From: a virus
IMG/VR virus record: IMGVR_UViG_3300045988_088999
Span: 48,961 to 112,960 of that record
Length of the DNA stretch: 64,000 nt
Reading direction: 5' to 3' (one strand)
In this document: positions 1 through 8,441 of the stretch, in pieces
Numbering within the stretch: position 1 is the stretch's first letter
Layout of the letters: each line of letters starts with the position of its first letter
The notes under the pieces: model-generated
What the model was told of the DNA's origin: nothing
The model's database searches: none
Seen by the model: only the letters and a program-made list of their open reading frames with translations
Position numbers and translations under genes: made by a program

Positions 1-407
1 TGAATACTGATGGAAAATATGTGTTTGAAATCAAAGAACGCACTATCGTTCCTACGCTTACTTCACAAGTAGCAGTTAGTAGCGATATTAACGCAAGACG
101 TATTGTATTTAAAGTACCAGCAACCATTGATGGATACGATGTAAGGGACTCTAATTTTACTGTTAGATGTCTTAATGCTGCTGGTGCGCTTAATGAATAT
201 AGTATGACCAATAAGAGGGTCGTAATTGAAAATAATGCGACCTATATTTATGTTGAATGGATAATGGACGGCTCTGTTACACAAAAAAGCGGCGTTGTAA
301 AATATGATGTGTCTATTTACGATGCAACTAAATCAATATATGCTTGGCATAGCTTGCCATCCACATTCAACGTGGAAGCTGGTATATCAGAGATTAACTC
401 TGATTAA
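1..407 (+). CDS. tail-fibre N-terminal domain protein (5' end lies outside window)
   Basis: Frame is open from nt 3. Residues NTDGKYVFEIKERTIVP...VVKYDVSIYD align with the N-terminus of the 1019-aa fibre ORF at 4007 (LNGTYIFEIVNRTIVP...VTYDVSIYD). Confidence 0.6.
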   Translation, partial: NTDGKYVFEIKERTIVPTLTSQVAVSSDINARRIVFKVPATIDGYDVRDSNFTVRCLNAAGALNEYSMTNKRVVIENNATYIYVEWIMDGSVTQKSGVVKYDVSIYDATKSIYAWHSLPSTFNVEAGISEINSD

Positions 408-435
408 AATATTAACTCTTTTGGAGGATTAAATT

Positions 436-1644
436 ATGGGAAAACTTTTAAGAGATGAAACTTTTGTTGCTGCTATGAATAAGCAGAACGCCATACTGGA
501 AGTTCTTGCTGCCGATAAGATACAGCAGATGTCTGGTAACTGGGCAGAAGTTGCTACTCTAGTTCGTGCTGGTTATGCAGAATATGTTTATGATTTTGGC
601 GACCAGTTTAAGGATAAGTGGACTGATACCGCTAACTCTAATAAGGAATATGCGAACTATAATTGGCACGTTGGTCATTTCGGCAATTACTTACTTCAGG
701 ATGGCGAAACTGTACCGGGTATGACTATTCAGGCACACTATGCGCATCCGTTTGGTGTACAGTTTAGTCACCAGAGAGCATTTTTGAAGTGTGATACCGA
801 ATTAGCCGCTGGTACTTACTACTTTACGATAGAAACTAAGTGGGGTAACAATGTTGCTGCTGGTGATATTGTCAGCTTCACTCTTACTAAGCCGGTTCCT
901 GCTGGTGGACGTATTTCAGGTTGCTATGGAGCACCTGACCAAGTAAAAGCTAACTGGCGTATCTATACTTGGGCGGCAGATGGTAAGACTAAGGTTGAAG
1001 ACAACATTACTCCGACATTTACCGCATCTGGTACGAATCTTGGTACTATGAAGCATGATAAGCGTAACGGCAACTTGAACTCCTGTCAGGAAATGGCTTA
1101 TGGATGGAACAGGTGGAAAACATCCGCACTACGTCAGTACCTAAATAGCTCTGCTACTAAGGGTAACTGGTGGGTAGCACAGGATGAGTGGGATATTGCA
1201 CCTGACGAGTTGGCATTCCATGACGGTTTCTTGACTGGTATGCCAGCTGACCTTTTAGATGCTATCAAGCCTGTTAAGATTGTTACCTATCCAAATACCG
1301 TAAATGACGATATTGCTGGTAATACCCCTGACGTTACCTACGATAAGGTATTCTTGCCAGCACTTGAGCAGATTTATGTAAATCCTCAGAAAGCTGGCGA
1401 GGGAGATGCTTGGGAATACTGGAAGCGTGTTGCTGGCACCACCACTCCGTTGGCTCAGTGGGGTACTTATCCTCAGATGATTACCTATGCTATTGAGAAT
1501 ACTTCTAGCGCACAGGGTGTGCGCTTGCGGTCTGCTTATCGTGGCAATGCTATTAGTGCGTGGTATGTCAACTCTAGCGGTTACGTCAACGGCTACGGCG
1601 CGAGCAACTCGCATAGGTTCTCGCCCGCTTGTGTCATCTGCTAA
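436..1644 (+). CDS. DGR variable (target) protein, putative receptor-binding fibre component with a C-terminal variable region
   Basis: GGAGG RBS upstream of the ATG. The last ~40 codons (nt 1513-1634) are an adenine-mutagenised copy of the repeat at 2259-2380. A stem-loop follows the stop. Confidence 0.85.
   Translation: MGKLLRDETFVAAMNKQNAILEVLAADKIQQMSGNWAEVATLVRAGYAEYVYDFGDQFKDKWTDTANSNKEYANYNWHVGHFGNYLLQDGETVPGMTIQAHYAHPFGVQFSHQRAFLKCDTELAAGTYYFTIETKWGNNVAAGDIVSFTLTKPVPAGGRISGCYGAPDQVKANWRIYTWAADGKTKVEDNITPTFTASGTNLGTMKHDKRNGNLNSCQEMAYGWNRWKTSALRQYLNSSATKGNWWVAQDEWDIAPDELAFHDGFLTGMPADLLDAIKPVKIVTYPNTVNDDIAGNTPDVTYDKVFLPALEQIYVNPQKAGEGDAWEYWKRVAGTTTPLAQWGTYPQMITYAIENTSSAQGVRLRSAYRGNAISAWYVNSSGYVNGYGASNSHRFSPACVIC
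1513..1634 (+). repeat. DGR variable repeat (VR)
   Basis: 122-bp alignment with 2259-2380. The 16 mismatches all fall where the other copy has A (A to G/T/C). Homology stops after ...cccgCttgtGt, which fits an IMH boundary. Confidence 0.9.
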
Positions 1645-1653
1645 TCCTAGTAA

Positions 1654-1690
1654 TCTTGCACGAATACTTTCGTGCAAGATTTTCTATTTA
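1654..1690 (+). terminator. 11-bp stem-loop (tcttgcacgaa/ttcgtgcaaga) plus T-tract, 20 nt downstream of the VR
   Basis: Perfect inverted repeat followed by ttttctattt. Could serve as a rho-independent terminator and/or the hairpin that DGRs need downstream of the VR for homing. Confidence 0.7.
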
Positions 1691-1783
1691 GATTAAAAGC
1701 AGTAATTTCCTTAGAGAAATACTGTTGTCCGAATATTAACAATAAAAGCAAATATATAAAAATTAAATTAAGGAGGCCGCACA

Positions 1784-2080
1784 ATGTCTGTTCCGGCTGG
1801 TCAAAGAAAAGAAAATAGACTAGAAGTCGTTATGCAAGCCAGAGAGCTTGCAGTCTACACTTTAAGAATCACATCTAACAAGAATGTATTTATTCCTGAT
1901 TACGATGAATCGGTCAAACTAAAAATCCAAGATTCCGCATTGACCATCTTTAATAATCTTATGGATGCAAACAACATTAGAGTTGACGATAATGTTGGAA
2001 GATGGCAGGAGCGCGATAAGCTCCAAAGAGATGCGGCAAAAGCGTGTAATACACTATTAAACCTTATATACTTGGCATAG
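1784..2080 (+). CDS. avd: Avd-like DGR accessory protein (small helical protein)
   Basis: 98 aa, AGGAGG RBS. Sits between the target gene and the TR, as in canonical target-avd-TR-RT cassettes. Avd-like size and helical composition. No strong motif, so the call rests on position. Confidence 0.5.
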   Translation: MSVPAGQRKENRLEVVMQARELAVYTLRITSNKNVFIPDYDESVKLKIQDSALTIFNNLMDANNIRVDDNVGRWQERDKLQRDAAKACNTLLNLIYLA

Positions 2081-2258
2081 ACGTTATATCATCTAAGAGC
2101 CAGCCGTATTAAGTATTGGTCTGAATCTGTCATTTCAGTCAGAGGTTTAATTCGTAAGTGGAATCACAGCGATTGTACTCGGTATGGACATCTCCTTAAA
2201 GAATCTAAAGAAAAAGACGAAACTTAATTTTTATATATATTTGGGTTATAACCTGATT

Positions 2259-2380
2259 CAGAATGTGCGCTTGCGGTCTGCTAATCGTGGCAATGCTAAT
2301 AATACGTGGAATGTCAACTCTAGCGGTAACGTCAACAACAACAACGCGAGCAACTCGAATAGGTTCTCGCCCGATTGTAT
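2259..2380 (+). repeat. DGR template repeat (TR)
   Basis: Invariant partner of the VR. The frame reading NVRLRSANRGNANNTWNVNSSGNVNNNNASNSNRFSP is rich in AAC (Asn) codons, and each is altered in the VR. Confidence 0.9.
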
Positions 2381-2572
2381 TTGAAAGTCCCTAATAAAAA
2401 ATCTTACGCATAGCGCAAGCTAGGTTCTCGACTTCAAACACAAGGAGGTTATAACCCTGTTATCTTGCTAAAAAAAATATAAAAGATAACTAAACCACTC
2501 TATGCCGATGGCGTTGGTTTTCGAGCCAGTACGCCTATATACGGCTTAGTTTAGTTGTTGTGTCAAAGTTTA
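2381..2572 (+). other. TR-RT spacer, probable structured part of the DGR template RNA
   Basis: ~190 nt non-coding stretch between the TR and the RT start, where DGR spacer RNA lies in characterised elements. Confidence 0.4.
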
Positions 2573-3526
2573 ATGAATAATAATTAGGAATCGAATCAAG
2601 TAGTAAATGTCCTAGACTTCGAGCACCTACTTGATTCTTTATATAAGTGCAAGAAAAATGTTAGCTGGAAAGAATCTGTCGCTAATTTCTATATTCATGG
2701 AATCGAACAGGTTCTTAAACTAGAAGAACAACTTGCAAACGGAACATATCAACCACGTCCAACTAAGACTGTTCATATCACTCATCCGAAAGAAAGAATT
2801 GCTGTAAGCATAGCTTTCAGAGACAGAGTATATCAACGTAGTCTTAATGATAATATAGTGTATCCGTTAATGACTCGAAGTTTTATTTATGATAATTGTG
2901 CTTGTCAAAAGGGTAAAGGAACCGATTTCGCTAGAGGCCGTTTAAAATGTCATCTGCAAAGATGCTATAGAAAGAATGGTCTTGATGCTTGGGTTCTGCA
3001 ATGCGACATTAAGCACTATTATGATAATATGCGGCATGATACAACAAATGCCTTGTTCAGAGAGAAATTACCAGTAGAATATGCAGATAGAGTCTGTAGA
3101 ATATTAAATGAACAATATCTTGGTGATACAGGGTATAATCCCGGTAGCCAAGTTGTTCAGATTGCTGGTATTTCTGTTCTGGATAGACTTGACCATAAGA
3201 TTAAAGAACGTATGCACATTAAGTATTATATTCGTTATATGGATGACTTTATTCTTATTCATCACGATAGAAATTACTTAATCAAGTGTATGCACGAGAT
3301 TCAAGAAGAACTAGCTAAAATTGGTCTTGAATTGCATCCTAAGAAAACCAAACTCTATAGAGTTGGTAAAGGTATTCCATTCTTAGGATTTAAATTCAGG
3401 CTTACCGAAACCGGTAAGGTCGTTATGTCAATTCTTGGAGATAATGTTAAGAATGAAAAGCGTAAATTACGTAAAATGGTTAAACTTGTTGTAAAAGGTC
3501 GCAGAACCAAAGAAAAAATAGATTAG
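2573..3526 (+). CDS. DGR reverse transcriptase, with an in-frame TAG at codon 5
   Basis: RT motifs sit upstream of the tool's GTG at 2858: FEHLL..YKCKK, TYQPRP, FRDRVYQRSL, FIYDNCACQKGKGTD, PGSQ, RYMDDFILI, ELHPKKT, FLGFKF. The frame is open from 2588. ATG 2573 (MNNN) is separated from it only by TAG 2585-2587. Confidence 0.85.
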
Positions 3527-3623
3527 TGCTATAGTTGTTGGGTTGCTCATGCAGAGCATGGTAATTCATATAAACTAATATAGCGAATGAATAAATTCTA
3601 CGATGATTTATGGAGGTAGAATT

Positions 3624-3803
3624 ATGATTTTTCAGAAGGCGATTATGAATCCTCACGAGGAGAAGATGGTCGAATATCGCAATGCTTAGATTAGCAATCA
3701 ACAGTCTTTGATTGAGTATATTGCTGTTATGAGTGATATTGACCTACCTGTTGAAGAAGAGAAAACCGCTAGTATGGGCGGCATGGAAGATATGGAGGGC
3801 TAA
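3624..3803 (+). CDS. small hypothetical protein (59 aa only if the in-frame TAG at 3687-3689 is read through; otherwise a 21-aa peptide)
   Basis: Strong GGAGGT RBS 6 nt before the ATG. The frame stays open after the TAG until the TAA at 3801. Confidence 0.35.
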
Positions 3804-3806
3804 TAT

Positions 3807-3959
3807 ATGACCGATATGGAACTGTCCGCACACGGAAAGAAAGCTAAGTATTACTACGATTCTGGTTTCTGGACTAAGAAAATGGTTTATAACGTAACCA
3901 AAAAGGGCTGGATTACTCCAGAAGAGTACGAGTATATTACTGACGATAAGTACATTTAA
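3807..3959 (+). CDS. xkdX: XkdX-like small tail-associated protein
   Basis: 50 aa; FWTKKMVYNVTKKGWITPEEYEYITD matches the XkdX family signature (W.K.MV...V.KGWIT.EEY.EIT). GGAGGG RBS. Confidence 0.7.
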   Translation: MTDMELSAHGKKAKYYYDSGFWTKKMVYNVTKKGWITPEEYEYITDDKYI

Positions 3960-3966
3960 TAAGTTG

Positions 3967-3999
3967 GGTGTAGCATTAGCTACACCATTATTTTTAATT
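3967..3999 (+). terminator. rho-independent terminator
   Basis: 8-bp stem ggtgtagc/gctacacc with loop atta, then attatttttaattt. Confidence 0.7.
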
Positions 4000-4006
4000 T
4001 AGGAGG

Positions 4007-7000
4007 TTGAATAGCTTGAACGGAACTTATATTTTTGAAATTGTAAACAGAACAATCGTTCCAAGCGCAACTGAAGAATTGGCTGTTGTAAATGATAATG
4101 ATTCAAGATATATTACCTTTAAGATTCCATCAGTGATTGATGGTATTGATATTACCGATAAGATTCTTACTGTCAGATATGTCAATTCTCTGAATCGTTA
4201 TGACCAGTTTTTCTGTAATAGCAGAGAGGTTATTACGGAAGGTAACGAGCAGTTTGTCCTGTTCGACTGGGTTCTTGATTCTAATGTCACAAGTGCTAAA
4301 GGCACTGTAACTTATGATGTATCAATATATGATACAAATGATATGACTAACGTATCACAATATATTCTTCACACAAAACCAGCTACTTTTCAGGTTGAGG
4401 AAGGATTACTTGATACCGGTGCGCCTATCGAAGATGAGAATACACTTCAGGCAGCTATTGATAGTTTTAATGCTATCGCTGCTAAATATTACCATGATAC
4501 GCTTGCAGCATCAAAAGCGGCTCAAGCGGCTGCTGATGCTGCCGCTAAAAGTGCTGCATCGTTAAAGGTAGATACTACACTTACACTTTCTGGCTATGCC
4601 GCTGATGCAAAAGCTGTCGGAGATAGATTGACCGGTAAAGCAGAATCGTCTGAAGTAACCTCTATTAGAAGTGATTTACAGAATGAAATTGACAGAGCTA
4701 CTGATGCGGAAAGTCAGCTAAAGGAAGATTTAGAAATCAGCAAAATTTTTAAAACTTCAAACATTCTTTCAGCCAGTGATTATAATTTTAAAAAGAATTA
4801 TTATTACAGTCCGTCTGTCAACGATTTTGTTTCCAGAAATGGAAATATTGCGTATAATCAGCCTATTTCGGCTGGTGAAAGCGAAGTATATGTGTCAAAT
4901 GCAAGTATTGCTGTATTTTTGGACAAAGACAACAGAGTAATTAGTCATAATGAATCAAGTACAACTGTGGAATCATTTGCAGTTTACACAACGCCAGCCG
5001 AATGTAAATCAATAATGGTTAGTTGGTATTATACAGCAGATATTAACAAATTATACTTTGCACAATACAATTCTGGCGCACTCTACACAAAAAGAAATGC
5101 ACTAACAAAAACATTGTTTTCGAACATTGATGCCTCACAAGCTAATGTAAATGGGTCAAGATTAACAGACGCGGTGCGTGGCAAAATACTTGAAGGTAAT
5201 ACAAACATAGGTAAAACTTATGACGTAGACATTAAACAGGGCGTTAATTTTATCATTAAAATCAACCCCAAAAATGCAAACGTAACAATTAGCGAAATTA
5301 CAAAAGACGGTTCCCAAAACTACATTAACTATAATCAGCATATTTCCAACAATGGGTTATACAGATTTACTGCAAGCACAGATATTTTAGGGCTTAGATT
5401 CACAGACATGACAGAAGAAATTAAATTTTCTGTGTATCTTCCAAACGATGACAACAAAGCACTTGAACTTTTTTTCCCGGAGCAATTCCGTCCTGATAAA
5501 AATATCAAAGAAAGAAATACCGTTTCTGGGTATAGAATTAACGCACTGGAACGAAAAATTGACACCGCCGCAACTGGAAATATTACTTTCTATGATGTCA
5601 GCGGATGCGAATATATCCGAATCAGCCCATTCAGATTTTACGGAACGCATGGGTACGCATTTTTTTACAACAACGGCTTTGTGCCTAACATCACAACTCA
5701 CATTGAACAAGTAAAAATTATTGATTCAAAAGAAACATTAAGTTTCCAAGACACGGTTATCAAAGTGCCAGATGGATGCAACTATTTTGGCATGACGTGG
5801 CTAAATGAAAATAATTACGTTCCAAAAGTCACTAAAATGCTATTTGCAGAAAAAGAAAATTCTAATCTACAAGACTTTTATGGAATTTTCAAAAATTTTG
5901 GCAACCAAAATTGCTATAGTTTATTGTCACTTATTGCTAATTCAACAAAATCCACTAACTTGACATCTCAAACCCTTAAAAAACTAACAAAAAATGACAT
6001 CTCATTTGGACACATGGGCCAACTTGTAATTAAAGATGGCATGTGCTATGCAAGCTTTTTGCAAAACAGTGGAACGGATGGAGAAGCCCTATACAGTGAA
6101 ACAAGCGAACTTGTCCTTGCAAAATTTTTGCTTTCAGATACACTGTCGGATAGCTTTTCGCCTGATACAAACACTCAAGTCAAAGCAATAGGAAAACTCG
6201 GAAGTGCTTGTGCAGGACATATTGCAAAATCAATATATAAGGATAATGCAATGTGTTTAATTGGCAATAAACTGTATATTACATTTATGTTTATTTCTGA
6301 GACTGATTCTGACGCACACCTGTTTAGAAAAGTATATAATATCAGTTCTGACACATTTGAGGACGAAGTAGCTTGCGAAATTGAATATAAGGGTAAAACA
6401 TATCCGTTTACAAACAGCACAATCAACATGATTTACGGTGAAAATCATTTAAATCAAAATGCTAGTGGAATCATGGAAATTGTAAGCGAATGGAGCAAAT
6501 ACAATTCGGAATACTATGCAACCGGAATCAACGGTGACAAGCCAAACAACGGGTTTATTATTAAAACGTCTGATTTTAAGAAATATTATTTTGTTGATGT
6601 ATTGCCATTCAATGACAACGGAATAGCAGAAATTGCATCTATTGTGTACGATAACAAGTTGTATGTCGCGTGTCGTCAAAATTACGGGCTTCCATATCTA
6701 CTTTTAGCTTTTTATAACCTACAAAACGGAACATGGGGTACACCATACAGGATTCAAGACGGGAATGTAAGACCTTGGTTTTACAAAAAAGACGGGGCGT
6801 TATATTTAATTAACACAATCGAAGAGTATTACCGCAGATATACTAATATTTCTAATGTTTTAACATCCGGCTATCTTGGTGCATCAGCACCAATCAAAAT
6901 AATCGCTACATTATGTAATTGTGGAAATTATATTGCAACATCGGAGTATAACAAGAATACATACTATGTGTGTACATATAAAGGAACAATTTATTTTGGA

Positions 7001-7066
7001 ATATTAGACGTTATCAAATATGACGAGACTATCGTTAATAACAAATTGCTAAAACTACTGGAATGA
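4007..7066 (+). CDS. tail fibre protein (1019 aa); the true start is probably the TTG at 4016
   Basis: N-terminal domain paralogous to ORF 1-407. Ala-rich coiled segment (AAKYYHDTLAASKAAQAAADAAAKSAAS). Long beta-rich C-terminal part. The AGGAGG RBS directly abuts the first TTG. Confidence 0.75.
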   Translation: MNSLNGTYIFEIVNRTIVPSATEELAVVNDNDSRYITFKIPSVIDGIDITDKILTVRYVNSLNRYDQFFCNSREVITEGNEQFVLFDWVLDSNVTSAKGTVTYDVSIYDTNDMTNVSQYILHTKPATFQVEEGLLDTGAPIEDENTLQAAIDSFNAIAAKYYHDTLAASKAAQAAADAAAKSAASLKVDTTLTLSGYAADAKAVGDRLTGKAESSEVTSIRSDLQNEIDRATDAESQLKEDLEISKIFKTSNILSASDYNFKKNYYYSPSVNDFVSRNGNIAYNQPISAGESEVYVSNASIAVFLDKDNRVISHNESSTTVESFAVYTTPAECKSIMVSWYYTADINKLYFAQYNSGALYTKRNALTKTLFSNIDASQANVNGSRLTDAVRGKILEGNTNIGKTYDVDIKQGVNFIIKINPKNANVTISEITKDGSQNYINYNQHISNNGLYRFTASTDILGLRFTDMTEEIKFSVYLPNDDNKALELFFPEQFRPDKNIKERNTVSGYRINALERKIDTAATGNITFYDVSGCEYIRISPFRFYGTHGYAFFYNNGFVPNITTHIEQVKIIDSKETLSFQDTVIKVPDGCNYFGMTWLNENNYVPKVTKMLFAEKENSNLQDFYGIFKNFGNQNCYSLLSLIANSTKSTNLTSQTLKKLTKNDISFGHMGQLVIKDGMCYASFLQNSGTDGEALYSETSELVLAKFLLSDTLSDSFSPDTNTQVKAIGKLGSACAGHIAKSIYKDNAMCLIGNKLYITFMFISETDSDAHLFRKVYNISSDTFEDEVACEIEYKGKTYPFTNSTINMIYGENHLNQNASGIMEIVSEWSKYNSEYYATGINGDKPNNGFIIKTSDFKKYYFVDVLPFNDNGIAEIASIVYDNKLYVACRQNYGLPYLLLAFYNLQNGTWGTPYRIQDGNVRPWFYKKDGALYLINTIEEYYRRYTNISNVLTSGYLGASAPIKIIATLCNCGNYIATSEYNKNTYYVCTYKGTIYFGILDVIKYDETIVNNKLLKLLE

Positions 7067-7112
7067 TAGCCAACCTGATAACTAAATGAGATTTTAGCAT
7101 ACTTATAACGAG

Positions 7113-7748
7113 GTGATAATTATGGTTAAAACTTATAGCGTAAAAAATCAAGGTAATGTCAAATTATCTACAAACTTTACCGTAAAAGAGTTCGCCTGCA
7201 AAGATGGTTCCGATTCTGTTCTTATCGACATTGCTCTCGTTGAAGTCCTACAAAAAATTCGTGAACATTTTGGCAAACCAGTTATAATAAATTCTGCGTA
7301 TCGTACACCAGAGCATAATCGTAGGGTCGGCGGTACTTCCGGTTCATATCACGTAAAAGGTATGGCCGCTGATATTCAGATTTCTGGTGTATCAGCAGTT
7401 GAGATTGCTTATTTTGCTCAGACTATTACTAACGGTGTTGGTGTTTACTACTATGGTAACACTAACTTTGTTCATGTAGATACTAGACAAAATAGAACTT
7501 TCTGGCTATGTGCGCAAGCTGGACGTTACGAATATTACAGAACTGATTTAATGCCAATAATCAAACGTGGAACAAATGTTGGCAAGGCTTCTGCTGTAAA
7601 GTTTGTTCAAAAGAAACTTGGTTTACCTATTGACGGTCAATTTGGAAAAAATACTGAAAATAAGGTAAAAGAGTTCCAGAAAGTACATGGTTTAACTGCT
7701 GACGGAATTGTTGGAATGAACACTTGGAAAGCAATGTTTGTTAGATAA
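7113..7748 (+). CDS. endolysin: M15-family zinc peptidase with C-terminal peptidoglycan-binding domain
   Basis: SAYRTPEHNRRVGGTSGSYHVKGMAADI matches the peptidase M15 (YcbK-like) motif. The C-terminus LGLPIDGQFGKNT...GLTADGIVGMNTW is a PG_binding_1-type repeat. Confidence 0.75.
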   Translation: MIIMVKTYSVKNQGNVKLSTNFTVKEFACKDGSDSVLIDIALVEVLQKIREHFGKPVIINSAYRTPEHNRRVGGTSGSYHVKGMAADIQISGVSAVEIAYFAQTITNGVGVYYYGNTNFVHVDTRQNRTFWLCAQAGRYEYYRTDLMPIIKRGTNVGKASAVKFVQKKLGLPIDGQFGKNTENKVKEFQKVHGLTADGIVGMNTWKAMFVR

Positions 7749-7759
7749 TCTAAGGAGAA

Positions 7760-8077
7760 ATGAATATGACTATTGAACTGTTTTGTACTTTGCTTCTTGC
7801 TTTTGGTACTCTGACTACAATCGTTGTTGAGTTCCTAAAGAAGATTCTTACTGGTCTAAAGATTAACTACAACACATCCGCTGTTGCTCTTGGCACTGGT
7901 GGACTTGTTGGTGTAGTTGGTACTTGTGCGTACTTTGTAATGGCAAATATCGCATTTACTCCACAGAGTATCATGTGGATTATTTTTGAAGGTATCTGTG
8001 TCATTATGGGTTCACAGCTAGGCTACGATAAGATTGTGGCAATAATTAAACAAATAACTGCTAATAAACGGGCATAA
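7760..8077 (+). CDS. holin-like membrane protein
   Basis: 105 aa with 2-3 predicted TM helices and a charged C-terminus, immediately downstream of the endolysin. Confidence 0.6.
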   Translation: MNMTIELFCTLLLAFGTLTTIVVEFLKKILTGLKINYNTSAVALGTGGLVGVVGTCAYFVMANIAFTPQSIMWIIFEGICVIMGSQLGYDKIVAIIKQITANKRA

Positions 8078-8093
8078 TATAATAGGGATAGTA

Positions 8094-8135
8094 ACTAAAA
8101 ATGTTACTATCCCTATCTTTTTCGTCTTTAGGCCA
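8094..8135. terminator. bidirectional rho-independent terminator at the strand switch
   Basis: 12-bp stem agggatagtaac/gttactatccct, loop taaaaat, T-rich on both sides. Separates the + late block from the - block. Confidence 0.8.
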
Positions 8136-8158
8136 TATTGAACATTTTATAAGACCTC

Positions 8159-8419
8159 TTAGCACTCACCGCAACATTCACCACAGCAATGCGCTTTTAC
8201 GAGTTCTCCAATCTTATTCTGTGCAGTCTTAAATGCTTCATTAAAATTTTCAATAGCGGATTCTGCATCGACATCCTTGTAATCAGAACCACCATCTGCC
8301 CACATAATAGTCCATCCGTGTTTGCCAGCCTCAATTCTTACAGTCAGCCCAAAATTATCTTTGTAACTTTCACGCAATTCAACTTCACTACTGGGCATCA
8401 TGCCAAACATTCGTTTCAT
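8159..8419 (-). CDS. hypothetical protein with Cys-rich C-terminus (HCCGECCGEC)
   Basis: ORF with GGAG RBS. Confidence 0.5.
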   Translation of the reverse strand: MKRMFGMMPSSEVELRESYKDNFGLTVRIEAGKHGWTIMWADGGSDYKDVDAESAIENFNEAFKTAQNKIGELVKAHCCGECCGEC

Positions 8420-8441
8420 TTTATAGGCTCCAACCTCTTAT

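Noticed and set aside
2184-2384. 66-aa ORF in the track (NVRLRSANRGNANNTWNV...)
   Set aside because: It is just the reading frame of the DGR template repeat (Asn/AAC-rich). It has no RBS, and the TR is expected to be non-coding.
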